From assembly GCA_038496445.1 (NCBI GenBank), contig JALMLS010000353.1:124001-188000 (forward strand): 64,000 nucleotides of DNA, given 5' to 3'. Shown here piece after piece: positions 27,480 through 42,429 of the stretch. The stretch's first letter is position 1. Each line of letters opens with the position of its first letter. The stretch comes from Trichosphaerium sp. ATCC 40318 (lineage: Eukaryota; Protista; Tubulinea). The position numbers were made by a program, and so were the translations under genes. The notes beneath the pieces are model-generated. The model did not search any database. It was not told the origin of the DNA and worked only from the letters and a program-made list of their open reading frames with translations.

Positions 27480-27779
27480 GTTGTTATTCTTGTGTTTTTT
27501 TTGTTGCTTAAAATAGGTTGCTAAGCAACGCCATTTTAGCTTGCGTATGCCTTATTGCGGATACCATCAACACGAAATGATGCACGTGCCAATGTTGGAA
27601 AATTCAACTTTGCTGTGAGCACAAGTTTTGGGTTTTCTTTCGAAAGCGTTTCAGCAAGCTTTCAGTACTTTTCACTACTCTCTGACAACGTGAACAAAAA
27701 TTTTTGAAAACTTTTAAGCAAATTACATGAACATTAGACACCCTTTCATACTATTAGTACAGTTGAAGATATTTCATTA

Positions 27780-29322
27780 TCATGACTTTATAATCAATCC
27801 ATTGTCCATTAAATCACCAAGATAACCTGTAGCAAAGAACTGATCCCAAAAGTCATCGCTATTTAAATCCAAACGATTCGATCCTTCCTTTAAACTTTTA
27901 TGACTTACATAACACGTGATTCTATTTGTTGCTCTCTCAATGACTTGTTCACAAGTAATACCTTTTTCTTCCTTTCTACAGCTTAATACAAACGCACATA
28001 ACCTCAATAGTTTCTGTTGAATAGAACATCTATCTTTCGTACAATTTTCAAAAAACTTATCAACAAAAAATGAAGGCATAGAAGCTAATGACAACTTGAT
28101 GCTTTCAAGCGTTCCCATCGATAAAATCCTGTACACAATTTGATCTTTTCCCAGGCGAACACCAACATTCTCACCTCCATGAACAAAGCTTGAAGAGAGG
28201 TTTTGTCAACCAAACAAAAAAATCTCAAAAAAAAATAAAAAATGTGTTTCAAAGAACCTCTTACCTGGAGCTGTAGATAATAACTGTCTTGCAGCATTTC
28301 ACATAACAGTCACCATCATTATCTTTTGACAACAAATACGTAGTATTTCCTGGATCTCTAGACAACATCAGATGTAAGATGTTTAAATTCGACAAAATTA
28401 CCCTTGAACAGTTAAATCATCATTGACAGTTCGAAGAATCTGGAATTTGAATCCATGATGATTGAACAAATATACCATCAGTCTTATCTGTGCATGTGTA
28501 TCAACGTTGATCTGAATATATTCATCTAAGACAAAATATTTAGAGAAATCTCAGCTCACTACTGTATGTTCAACAACCTTTGTTTGTTCGCCGCAAGTGT
28601 ATCAATAGAGATTCTAATACCTTCATTTTACTAGACCATAGCATCTCATCTACGTTGTCACCATTTTCTATAGCAGAAAGGTTCTATAGTATCACGTTAA
28701 AGACAACAAACAATGTTGAACAAAATACTATTGTCCGTTTCAGTCAAGGTAGTCACCCGTTATTTCGCCAGTTATTTTTCGCTCTTCAAGCACTTTATTT
28801 GTATTGTAGTATACATTGGAGCACTTATGACGGAAAAAATAACTTGACTGTAACGGACAATAATAGGCAATAAAAAAGGTGTCGTACTCTTAATACTTTT
28901 CTAGTGGATGATACATCATCTGGCCTGGTTCCAGAACAAGCACTCTTAGCGAGTGTATTGTAATAAGCTTCCTTCTGATAACCCATCATTGGTACTTCCA
29001 AAATCTTTTCATTATACAAACTACATAACAGACGACGTATTAAAAAACCATTTTCGCGTTTGTACAAAAACAGTGTACGTACGTTCTCAAGGGGATAGTA
29101 TTGCTATCAGTACTCATTGTTGGAGATATAAGACGTTATGTAGTGATTAAAAACGGGTTTGGTGCTTTGCCACGTGGTATTGGGAAAAAAATGACTTAAA
29201 CAAGAAAACCACTTATCAGGCCTTCCAACTTTGATTTTAAGGATCACACCATGATCAACAGAACAGTTTTTTATTGCTAGTTTACAAAGTAGGGTTTTTT
29301 GCAATCTGTCCTTTAATTCCAT
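27780..29322 (-). CDS. Hypothetical protein, multi-exon
   Basis: Consecutive minus-strand exons with consistent GT-AG junctions; no family recognised. Confidence 0.55.
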
Positions 29323-29398
29323 TACATTACAATGGTTTATAAACCATCATACTACCTTTTTCGGGCCTTTGCTTTTTTCTTCCGTTTTTTTTTTGTCT

Positions 29399-31690
<2,292 letters not shown>

Positions 31691-31790
31691 GAATGAGAGT
31701 GTCTCTTATTAAAATTGCGGACAAAACGTGTAGTTATAACTTAACGGTAACTAAGGAAGAAAATTGAAGCAGATTTTTTATTTTCTGTTT

Positions 31791-32724
31791 TTAGTTGGTA
31801 TCCCACGTGATAGATACAGTAGCAGGATCCTTAATATGTGCTCTGTTATTACAGTTATCATCAACGTATGCTGTTTCCCATTTTGGAGTGACCTACAGTA
31901 CGCAATGAGTGGAAACTTGTGTCAAAAGAAACAAAAAAGAAAAGACTTACAGGTTTGTTATTGTACTCAATTTTGATGGAACTAAACGTGACTACGCCAT
32001 CAGGACTGTACTGAGCGCATTCATATTGAGACTAGCATTAACGTAAGCTTTACGAAGGCAAAGTATAAGACTTACTTTCTCCATTACGAAGTAAGCAATA
32101 GTGAATTCTTTGTAGTCACCGTTATCTTTTTTTTGTATTGGAATAGTTGTGTTAACACTCCAGCCGCTTGTTTTGTCAATATGTACCATAGTGTAGGACT
32201 TATCTGCGCGATTTAAAAAGTTAGTTGAACATCTAAAGCACACACGAAAACTCGAAAGCTGTTTGTACCGCTTGGATTGTAGCGCACTGAACCAAAGAGC
32301 AAGTCACCTGCTTTAACTTGGTGCGATTCGGAATTTTCGTTATGAACTGGACTCCATTGGAAATACTCGTTGTATATGGACCATGAGTAGCCAGACCATG
32401 GGTTAACAGGTTGAATGAGATTCAAGTTGTCGCTTGACTCTATTCCAAACCAAGGTGAATAAAAAGCGCCAGATTCTATGTACAATAATTAGTGACAGTT
32501 TGCGCGCGTTTTAATAGTGAAAATACCGCGTGGGTCAGTGCCAACTTTCCAGTACGCTTCAATGTAAGTAATTATGCCACCTGTTGGGCTAGTGGCTTTA
32601 GCGTAGCCCATCCACCCTTTTAGGACGTTATACTTGAACTTTTGAATATTGTACTGGTACCTTCGGCTGGATCTTGGCACAGTGCCAATGGCGCGAGTAA
32701 TAGTAAAACGAGGAGTGTTTGCAT
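31791..32724 (-). CDS. Secreted protein, glutamic peptidase G1 (eqolisin)-like
   Basis: Signal peptide MQTLLVLLLLAPLALC; WMGYA, AYWKV, WFGIE...LIQ, VKAGD and AYFVME parallel the G1 motifs. Confidence 0.6.
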
Positions 32725-32929
32725 GATGGTTTGCAGACTGTGAAAGGTGAAACTGTACGAAAATTGACCGCGAATTTGGGACTGGTGCTCAAACAATTTG
32801 TTTTCACCGTATACGTTTCGTAAGCTAGTATCTTAGGCTACCAGGCAATAATTTGGTAGAACTTTCGGCTCAGAGACGTCAACTGATTTAAGCCCTTTCA
32901 ATTTGTGATTTACCAACGCTCGAGTGACA

Positions 32930-34431
32930 ATGGCAACCATGAGGGCTAAAAGAAAGCGAACTGCGGACAATAGCTTACTAGCCACCAAACGCATTAAACT
33001 AGAACCTTTTTCTTTGCCTTTATCAACAACTTTGTGTGTTGTAAGCACAGCGAAGCGCGAGGACCGTAGAGTTCTATTGGCTTTTCGTTACCTCAAGCCT
33101 GGTACAATTGTACAGTACCAACACATTACTGTACGCACGATTTACCCTCTGAACTGGTTTCTGACAACTGTTTTTAGCCAGACCAAGCGTCAAAGTTCGT
33201 TAGTGCCAAACTGGACAAAGATTTACGAATAAATCTATGGCCATGTTTGATACCTCTCAGGTACATAACTCTTTCGAACCTTTTATGTTTTAACCTCAAG
33301 TTTACAGCCCTTCAAAGACGTCCTACGTCTTAATTATCGCAGATGGACAGGAAATGAAAGTGCCTATCGCGTTCTGTGGCGGTGGAGGCGATCGTCACGG
33401 CTTCGATAGATCGGAGACCACAAAATCCCTTCTAAAAGGGTGGATGGTACGAAAGCATCCAAACCAAAGCGTTCTTACTCAGTGAAAGGAATTCGGCAAC
33501 AATCAACAGCCGTACTTGCAAGAAGAGCAATTAAAACACCTCATAACACAAATACACGCCTCCCATGCAGGTAAACAGAAAAAAATTGTGTGGGGACAAC
33601 AAAGAGATTGCTTCGAAGGAGTCACGTGAGTGATGCCGTTTTATAGTTATTTCGACTTGTTTTTCGTGTTAAAGTCTATCTAGGGAAGACAACGCAGTCG
33701 ACTCTCTTACTGCTATTATAAGGTTTTCTTTCCTATACATGTCTCATCCTTGTCGCTCTATAAATCGGTATTGGCGTGGCATCTTCGAGAAAACTCCAGA
33801 TTGCCTTTTCGCTTGCGTTTCTGACAAGAAAAGAGAGGAACTATTGAAGGAACTTGATATTGTCATTGAGTGCGTTTTTTTTGTGTTTCTTGAAGCCATG
33901 CTTATTTATGATTAGACTATTCTGTCCTGGCCACGAGAAGACCTTCAGCGTGACAACACGAGATGGCCACTTCTATTCACCATGGAAAGCAAAACCTACG
34001 CCTGAGCACAAAAGAATAATAAAATCCGCTCCGAATGCTGTCTCTGTGACGCCTCAGTATCACCAAGTGCCTCCTCCCACTTCTCATATATGTGCTACGG
34101 ATCTTTTTCCTCAATATTATTCCCAAGAATTCTTGGAGTCGCCTGGTTCAAATTACAGCCCTAATTTTGGTAAGGGATTTTTTTACATATTTTTTTCATT
34201 GGTGCTTATTGCCTTTTTAGACCGAACTCAATATAAAAACGTTGACGTCAACACAAATGACGCAGCGTAACCTGATGCTGTAAATTATATGTGTAGGCGG
34301 GTTCAGGCCTACTCAAGTGACCAAGTCATATGAGCGGCCTAAACCCGCGTACATTATAATGTGCTGTTAAAATACGGCATTACTGTGTATAACTTAACTA
34401 CCTATTTTAGGAGTTTGAGTTTACGCAGTGA
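32930..34431 (+). CDS. Hypothetical protein, probably nuclear
   Basis: Bipartite NLS-like KRKR...KRIK; multiple GT-AG exons; no family recognised. Confidence 0.5.
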
Positions 34432-34747
34432 TATGGTATTTTAACAGTAATTGCAGTTTCGATTTTGTTCGATTTATTGAAGGGGTGTTTAATAGAAAGC
34501 TTCAAAAATAAACTATGTAGAACTTTTCTTGTTAATTGGTAGAGTTATTTTTTGTTCAATTTCTGTGAGTGCTTCTCATTTTGTTTCAACGGTTCAAGTT
34601 GTTCCATGTGTAAAGGTTTAACGAGTAAAGTACACTCTGAACTGCACTCGTTATGCAAAAATTGTACGTATTTACAAGCATTATATGCTTACAAGCCACG
34701 TGATTTTTTAACATAGTTAGTAGTTCAGAGGGTTTATTTGTAAAATC

Positions 34748-36732
34748 TTACAAAGATACAATAAGCATCACTAAGATGATAAGGTTGCCAAATAAGATCC
34801 GTGAACTGCTGCTTTGTGAAGCAGTAGCAGGTGCCACAGTAGTAGGAGTAATAGTATTGTTTGTAGCAGCTGTTGGCGTTTCTGTTGTCGGAGGAGAAGT
34901 TGTTGGAGCGGCTGTTGAAGGTGCATCTGTAGTTGGAGGGGCCGTAGTTGGTGGATTTGTAGTAGGGGGGGTTGTAGTTGGTGCATTTGTAGTTGGAGGG
35001 GTCGTAGTTGGTGGATTTGTAGTAGGAGGGGCCGTAGTTGGAGCATCTGTAGTTGGAGGGGTCGTAGTTGGCGGATTTGTAGTAGGAGGGGCTGTAGTTG
35101 GAGCATCTGTAGTTGGAGGGGCCGTAGTTGGTGGATTTGTAGTCGGCGAGGCCGTGGTTGGTGGATTTGTAGTAGGAGGGGTTGTAGTTGGTGGGTTTGT
35201 AGTAGGAGGGGTTGTAGTTGGTGGGTTTGTAGTAGGAGGGGCTGTAGTTGGAGCATCTGTAGTTGGAGGGGCCGTAGTTGGTGGATTTGTAGTCGGCGAG
35301 GTCGTAGTTGGTGGCAAAGTAGTCGGTGGTAGAGTTGTTGGAGGCAAAGTGGTTGGTTGAATAACAATACTTGGGTTCGGAAATAAAGCCATGTCAAAAG
35401 AACCAACGGTTACGTTAGTGTCAACAATGATATCTGAAAACTGAAATGATGTTGTGTTGAATAATATTACGGAGCCATTATCACATACTATGATAAGAGT
35501 TTCTACATCCAAGGTTGACATACCTAAAGAATACAATGTTAAGATGACACAAAGAACTTTAATCTTTACCTTTAGGTTGTCGACAAAAAGATGGCATGTC
35601 TACAGTCCTTGTTGTCTCACAATTTAGTGTGATGTTATCTTGAGGAATAGAAGCTTCTATCATCCTTGAAAAGTATCCAGTTTGGTATAGCTTATCACCA
35701 ATTACAGCAACTAAACCGTGATGTCAAAAAAAACCAACATGAAATTAACAAAAAACATTTTTTGCCTATGAAACAGATTGACTGCTTTAAAACGCCTCTA
35801 CTTGCCATGTTCAAAGTCAGGACGACTTGTTACAACATCAGGACATCTCTCTGTAACGGTACAGGTATCTACGTCCAATTCTGCAAGTCCAATAATTGCA
35901 TTGCTCGATTGAGCAGTAATTGCGCCCCACGCATACAACTTTCCGGATATTGGATCAACCGTCAAAGAAGAATATGAAGTCACATCACATTCTTTCAACT
36001 AAAACGATTGCATCAGCGTCAAAGGCTAACAGTATATATCATAAAATAAAGCGTATGAAAGGACCTATGGGTGGTCTAATGATACTTGAAGACTTTGTAG
36101 TTACAACGTTTCTACTAGAAGAAAATAGAAAATTCTGGTTTTTGATTGCAATCGGCTTAAGGGCCGTTAAAGGCATGGTAAACTGAATGGAGAAACTAAA
36201 GAGTGGGTGATACTGACCCTTTCTTTTAACTTGTGAACGTAATTTTACTTAGAGCTAGCGCGTTATGTAAATTATGAGGTTTTTCAGGCCGCTTTTGTGA
36301 GTTTTTTTACAAAAATAGAAAATGAGATTTTAGAAGACATACCTTAGTACAGTTTCTGTCGTAAACAAATGTTATATCTCCAGATGCAAATACACTATCT
36401 AATGGACCACGAAAAAGAACTATTCGTTCATCTTGTAGAACAGCTATACCAAATGTATCATGCCCAGGCGTGGTAGTTACGTTTACACACTCTAAAGCGA
36501 ATCTTTAGCGACGCCATTGTTTTTTTTTTGAGGTTATTTTCAGGTTTTATTGTTAAAACGTACCATCAACTATTTGAGTTGGATCTGTCCTGCTTAAGAA
36601 ACGAATACCAGACGTATCATCGGTTGCATTAACAAAATCGACAACATAGGTGCTGAAAGTAGCGGGAACAGAAGCAGCGGATAGTGATATGCATAGAGCG
36701 AATAGAAAAAGACAAACTGTAAGTGGCGCCAT
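34748..36732 (-). CDS. Secreted, probably GPI-anchored mucin-like surface protein with a PTT-rich stalk
   Basis: Signal peptide MAPLTVCLFLFALCISLSAA; about 30 PTTxP/PTTDA units; hydrophobic C-terminal tail after QSSSS. Confidence 0.85.
34900..35358 (-). repeat. 15-bp unit coding minisatellite (PTTxP), with a 30-bp higher-order period
   Basis: Tandem units such as gtagttggaggggcc and gtagttggtggattt. Confidence 0.95.
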
Positions 36733-37367
36733 TTTTGGAACTGTGTACATTCTGGTACGTAGAAAAAATTCAATGTACAGACAAAACACAAATAGCAAAA
36801 GTCAAAGATATTCTTGCACAACTTGTTTAGACTAATAAATAAAATTGTGTCCATGAAATTCCATTAACGTGGTTAAGGCTTATTGGACTTTTACAATTAA
36901 GTTCACGAGTTTGATAAGAGCAGAGATGAACGTGGGCTGGTAGTATCACTCCAAGCATTGAGGTGTGTACGATAATAGCACGTAGCACATAGGCTTCAAA
37001 CAAGCAATGAATGTAACTTCAAAGTATTGTCTTTGTTAGCCGAACGATTGTATGGCATAGCTGAGAATGGTGGTATGGCGTTAGGTTCAAAATAAGGACC
37101 ACAATATCAGTAGCAGTAGCGGTAGCTTTTTGTTTTACAGTTGTTGAAAAAGAGTCTTTTTTTTTTCTTTAATTTTTCTTTACTACTTTACAATATTAAA
37201 CCACAAAAATAACATCTTCGCGCACCATGCGTGTTGGGTGAATATATTTCAATAGACTACCTTTGAGCTAACACACGTTTTCCAGAAGCGCAAGATCGCT
37301 TTTTTTGTTTGATTCTTTTCTTTCTTTTTTCTGTTTTTCTGTTCTCTTTTAGACAACTACTGTTTTC

Positions 37368-39385
37368 TTACTTAGATGTCGTTGCTACAGCAGACGGTTG
37401 ATCTACAAGAAAGTTGAGTTGAGTAAGAAAGTCAGCCATTGACATCTGTGATCTCATCTCCGGCTTTTTTGCAATCGTTGCGGTATCTTTCTGTTTGACT
37501 GGTCTTTGAAATCTTTTTTTGGGACTTGCTGGTAATGGTTTCTTTGGTTTAGGTCTTCTTGATGATGGTGTCGGTATAGGACTCTTAGGTAGAACAGGAG
37601 GTAGTTTCTTTGGTGGTACTCTAGGCGCAGGAGACTTTGGTTTTGGTATTCTTGGTTTAAATGTACTTTTAGGTGAAGGAATAGGTTTCTTTTCTTTATG
37701 TGGACGTCTGTTCGGAGGAAAACCTTTCTTTGGTGGTACGTAAGGTAGTTGTTTTGGCTTTGGTGTATATTTCGGTATTGTCTTCTTTGGTGGTCTTCTG
37801 ACAAGAGGAGCTGGTCTAGGAACAGATCTTAAAGGACCTTTTGGTGTTGGTCTTGATACCAAACGCCTTTCGGGAGCTTCACCGGAAGAGTAACTAACTT
37901 CCTCATCTGAACTTGATATTTCGAATTGAACCATACTTGATTCTTCATCGTCTAATATTGGATCGTCTGGTAAAAAATCGTCGGGAAGTATTATATCGTT
38001 TTCAACTAGAATAGAAAAAAAATCACGTGAGAAATCTTGCTTCAAAAAAAAAAAAAAAAAAAAAACACGTGTATTACGTGACGCTTAATTAATATCTTAT
38101 CGTACCTTTAAATCCCAGTAGATGTGTTACTAGCCATTGGCCCGAACTTTCTCTTCTTGTTCTTTTTGGTGCTCTTTGATGAGGGCTTCTATTTCGCTAA
38201 TTTTTTTGCATTAGATACAACACGTGGAAAAACCGAAATATCGAAGTAAAAAGCCGAGTTCTATTATGATATTTTTTGAAGCTGATAACCAGAAGTTAAC
38301 CCCCTTTTAACACCCTAAAATACCAAGGTATCTTATTGACACGTGATAAGACAGTAATTTCGTAAAAAACTAATAAAAGGAAAATAAAAATGATCACCTT
38401 TTTTATGAAAATTTCAAAAGAAAAAGGTTTACGTACGCCTGGACGGTTAAGAGCAAGGTTTGGAGATGTTCTTTGGTTTTTAATCGGTCCATTTGGTTTT
38501 ATGGGTTTAATTTGCTTGGCTATTGATGGAGCTGAACTTGTTCGTCGTAGTGCATGTCGTGGATTAGCTGGTTTGTTTGAAGATACCGTAGCTTCGATAT
38601 AAACAAAACCAACAACTTGATTACGCTTAACACACTCAACCCATTGTCCTTTCTTTTTCGCTGAGAAACTCTTAAGACTTACTACACATTTACCAATCTA
38701 TCCTGGAGTCAATCAGCTATTAATCACCATGGTTTTTCAAAAAACCCAAAAAAACAAAAAAAAAAAAAAAAGATTCTAAAGGTATCCTCTTTAGTGCTTT
38801 GTTTTGGTTTCTTTTTTAAGTCTGTTGGGCGTTGTTGGGTTTTGTTTTTCTTTCTTAATTTGTAGAACATTCGAAGGCGTATATTTACGTACAATACGTT
38901 GTGTTGTTGTCCGTATCAGCTGTACACTTAAGACACTGTGCTCAACATCAATATTTGGTGATATATAACTCCCTGTTTCGTTCCATCTTACCTCTCCCTG
39001 CACGTGATATATGTTAGAGAATTAGGTTTTTAAAACAAAGATCATTTCTAATAGGACTGAATTCTTATTTAAACGTATTTTGGAAAAAATCGAAACAACA
39101 CGTGACAACAAAATGCTGAAAGCGATGTTTTTTGTATTAATCGTTTTTGAAAATGTTAATTTTTTTTTTTGTTTTTTTACCTTTATTTGCGCTACCCCCT
39201 TTGTTTTACATATCATAGTACGTTGTTTAAGCGTCTCATCTACTAGCTCTACTGTACAGTATATTTTCTTTTTACCTAGCGCCGGTTTGTAAATCAGGGG
39301 CAACCTTCGTTTCTTTTTTTTTATATCAAATCACATCTGTATTACCTTTATACTTGGCAGATGTAATACCCACCTGCAATTCCAT
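37368..39385 (-). CDS. C2-like domain protein with a long Pro/Lys-rich tail
   Basis: MELQVGITSAK...IYCTVEL...RTMICK...VRWNE...LSVQL...IGKCVVSL...QW; PxxP-rich final exon. Confidence 0.6.
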
Positions 39386-40075
39386 CTTGCCTTGTGGCGC
39401 AAATGGTACAGTTTTTAGCGCAACCAATTAAATCAGCCCTGGCAGAAAAAGTCAAACTGAGTTGGAGATGAAATGGGCATTGGGTCGCTAGTAGTAGCTG
39501 AAAGATACTTGATTGTACAGTTTTTACGTAAGATGGAACCTGGTTTTTAACTAAACCTATCTAACAAGCGAGATTGCACTGGTTTGCTGTCTTTTATGCT
39601 TACCTTCTTGGAGCACGTGATTCTAAAAAGAACCACAGTAATTACACCAAAACATTTCTAGCAGGGAAAAAAAACCCAGCCGGAGTACTTGTGTCGCTGT
39701 ACTTTAACTAACACCGTGCGCCTTGCTCAGGTAATTAAGGTTTTATTTAAACGCCTTTATCTAGTAGGTGTGTTCACCAAAGATCTAGAGAACCGAACCA
39801 TACTAGAACCCTTACCATACGGCACTCACAGTTGTTAGCTGACCTGCTAAGTGTTGCGGTAGGATGAACGTATATCGCTAAGCTATTGATTAAAGTGATA
39901 TCTTGACATGGTTAGTATTGTTATCTAGCGTCACCATCACCGTTACGAACCGAACTCTAACTCAAACAAATAAATGTAGGAACCGGTTTTTAAAGACAAG
40001 GTGTTTTTGGATTCTATTGAATACACTACTAGCTAGTAGATAATCCTGAGAATCATCAAAAGGTTGTGCAAGCAC

Positions 40076-42134
40076 CTAAGGATTTAGAACTGCTGTCTCC
40101 ATCATTTCAGTCCGTCTTTTGCTCTTAGTTCTTCTAATCGCAAGCAACAGCGCAAACCAGCAAGCGATTAACAATGTAATAAGAAAAATACCGAAAGTAG
40201 CAACCCAACATTCTAAAGAAAAAAAAAGTTAATCACTTCTTTTCAAATCCGTTCTTGGGGCACCGCCCATAAAAGACTCACTTTCTCCATAGCAAGTATT
40301 TATATCATCCCCTTCATCTATATTACTTTGGTAAAGATATCCTGCAAGTTCTTGTACACCAACAAAACCAAATGAGGTTCCGATGAATAAAATTCCTAGA
40401 TTAAAACCAAAGTGTTCAGCACCAAACCAAGAGCTATGCGTAATTAGAATATAGAAATCAAATTCTTAGTTAAAGTTATTGCATACCTTACTAATATGGG
40501 TACAAGTGTATACGAGCTTCCATAAGCGAGTCCCGTCAGTATGACACTAACAAATAAAGTCCAAACTTGTTTCAATCCAAAAAGTAGAATAGTTTGAACA
40601 ACAGTTATCAACACCATCTGCGCAAGTACCCACCTACAACCATTTGAGGAACTTATTCGAAATCGTCTAAATAAATGCAGTATAAAAAGGTTCTACTGAA
40701 AATATTTCAGTTTTGTTGTGGCAGTACCATGCGTGTTCACGATCCTGATAATGATGATAAGTAAGGCCTATCGCAACTCTACCAAGGCCATTAAATGCAG
40801 GAAGTAGAGCTGTGAGATAAGCAATGAGTTTAACCGATAGATCACCGCTTCCATGCATAGAAATTGTAATGTAAGCAATATTATACCTTTTGTATCTTAG
40901 CGTATGATTCTTGTCTGCATTTAGAAGTTGTCACGTACACAAGTGATACAACTGCTGACATCGAAGGTATAAACAAAATACATAGTATCCAATAATCCCA
41001 TTGCTTCAGAGCAGCCAAAAGCGGTATTCGTTTTGATTTGCCTATTCTGTGTTGACATTGTACTCAGAGTGCTAACATACCTTGCTCTGGACCAGGTTTT
41101 GCTCTTGAGTTCACAAATATCACGCATAGAGTATAAGCCACCTATAGGATATTATCTATGAGTATGCGAAAAGATAAGTTGAAATGATTGATTTACCATA
41201 TGAGTAATTAACATAAATAGAGCATAGTTTGACAAGTCTTGCTTTAAGAAATCATCGTCTCTACCAAATATTTGAGTGTATACCAGTGCAAATAAAGTCC
41301 CTGATACACCAAAAGCAGCGGTACTAATACCAATAACGAGACCTTGTAACGAGAAGTTAAACATTAAAGTTTGTAGGCGACGCTTCCTTATCTTCATGGT
41401 ACCTTTATGACGTGCGAATTGCATGACCATAGCTTTCATACTACTAATGTACGCAGAACTCTTGTAAAAGGTGAGGATAGTCAAAAATAACTTTACAAAT
41501 AAATCACGTGCAAAGTGTTAAAAATAGTTTACTTTTATTCCAACAATGCACTTTGGTAAATTTTTATTTAACGTACCTCACCAAATCCAATCAGTGCAAA
41601 CGTGAATACAAATAACGCAACACTTGTATTATCGGTCCCTGTCAATTGCCATAGAAGCATATAACCCACCGAACTACTCACAAGGCCAAGAACAAAGCCT
41701 GAACCAGTGCCGTAATGATCAACGAGAAACCCTGTAAAAAATACGCAATTTTGCCTGTTGTTTTCAGCCAGGGCGTTAGCAGGGACACAAACTTACTTTA
41801 TAGTCACGTGTACGCACATAAAATAACCGACTGAGCTTATTAAAGAGACTTCTCTTTGTGACAGGTTGCTTTGTTGTTTTAACGCTAATAACTAGTTGGT
41901 ATATGTACAAGCAATCAAAGGAAATACGTAGGGTAAGAAAGAAAAGAAACTAGTGAAGAGACGGCAAAGTGCCTGCTTTTGTGTACTTCGCTAACGCTCG
42001 TGGGTATGTGGCATAGAGATATGAAGTTCGTACTCACCCTCAGAATAAGCATTGAATGAACCGATGAAACTACCGGCAAATAGCTGTGCTATCACACAGC
42101 ATACGAACGTAATTGCTAGCCGTACTTTGAACAT
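40076..42134 (-). CDS. MFS transporter, nodulin-like/MCH1/OFA group
   Basis: Multiple TM exons; GFLVDHYG, GLVIGISTAAFGVSG, NGLGRVAIG, GLAYG, WFGAEHFGFNLG. Confidence 0.85.
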
Positions 42135-42429
42135 ACTCTCAGATCTGTGGCTAAAAAACAATCCACAACTTAACAACAAAAGACTGTTCAACAGCTAAAG
42201 CCTCAAATGTTTAATCAACTGTTGATATCACGTTGTTTGTTATTTTTTTATTTTGTCACGTGGACACTTACTTTTTCCAAAGCGTTTAAATTACTCTAAT
42301 GTATGTACTAGCATTGTAAACCTTTGAACCGTAATGTGAGTTCCCAAAAAAAAGCTAACAAGACCCACGTCGACCTTTTTATGGAAATGTCTGAATACAT
42401 AGTTTACTTATTACCACACGTCAAACATA

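Noticed and set aside
34776-35360. 194-aa Gly/Val ORF on + and 211-aa Leu/Gln ORF on -
   Set aside because: Shadow frames of the PTT minisatellite.
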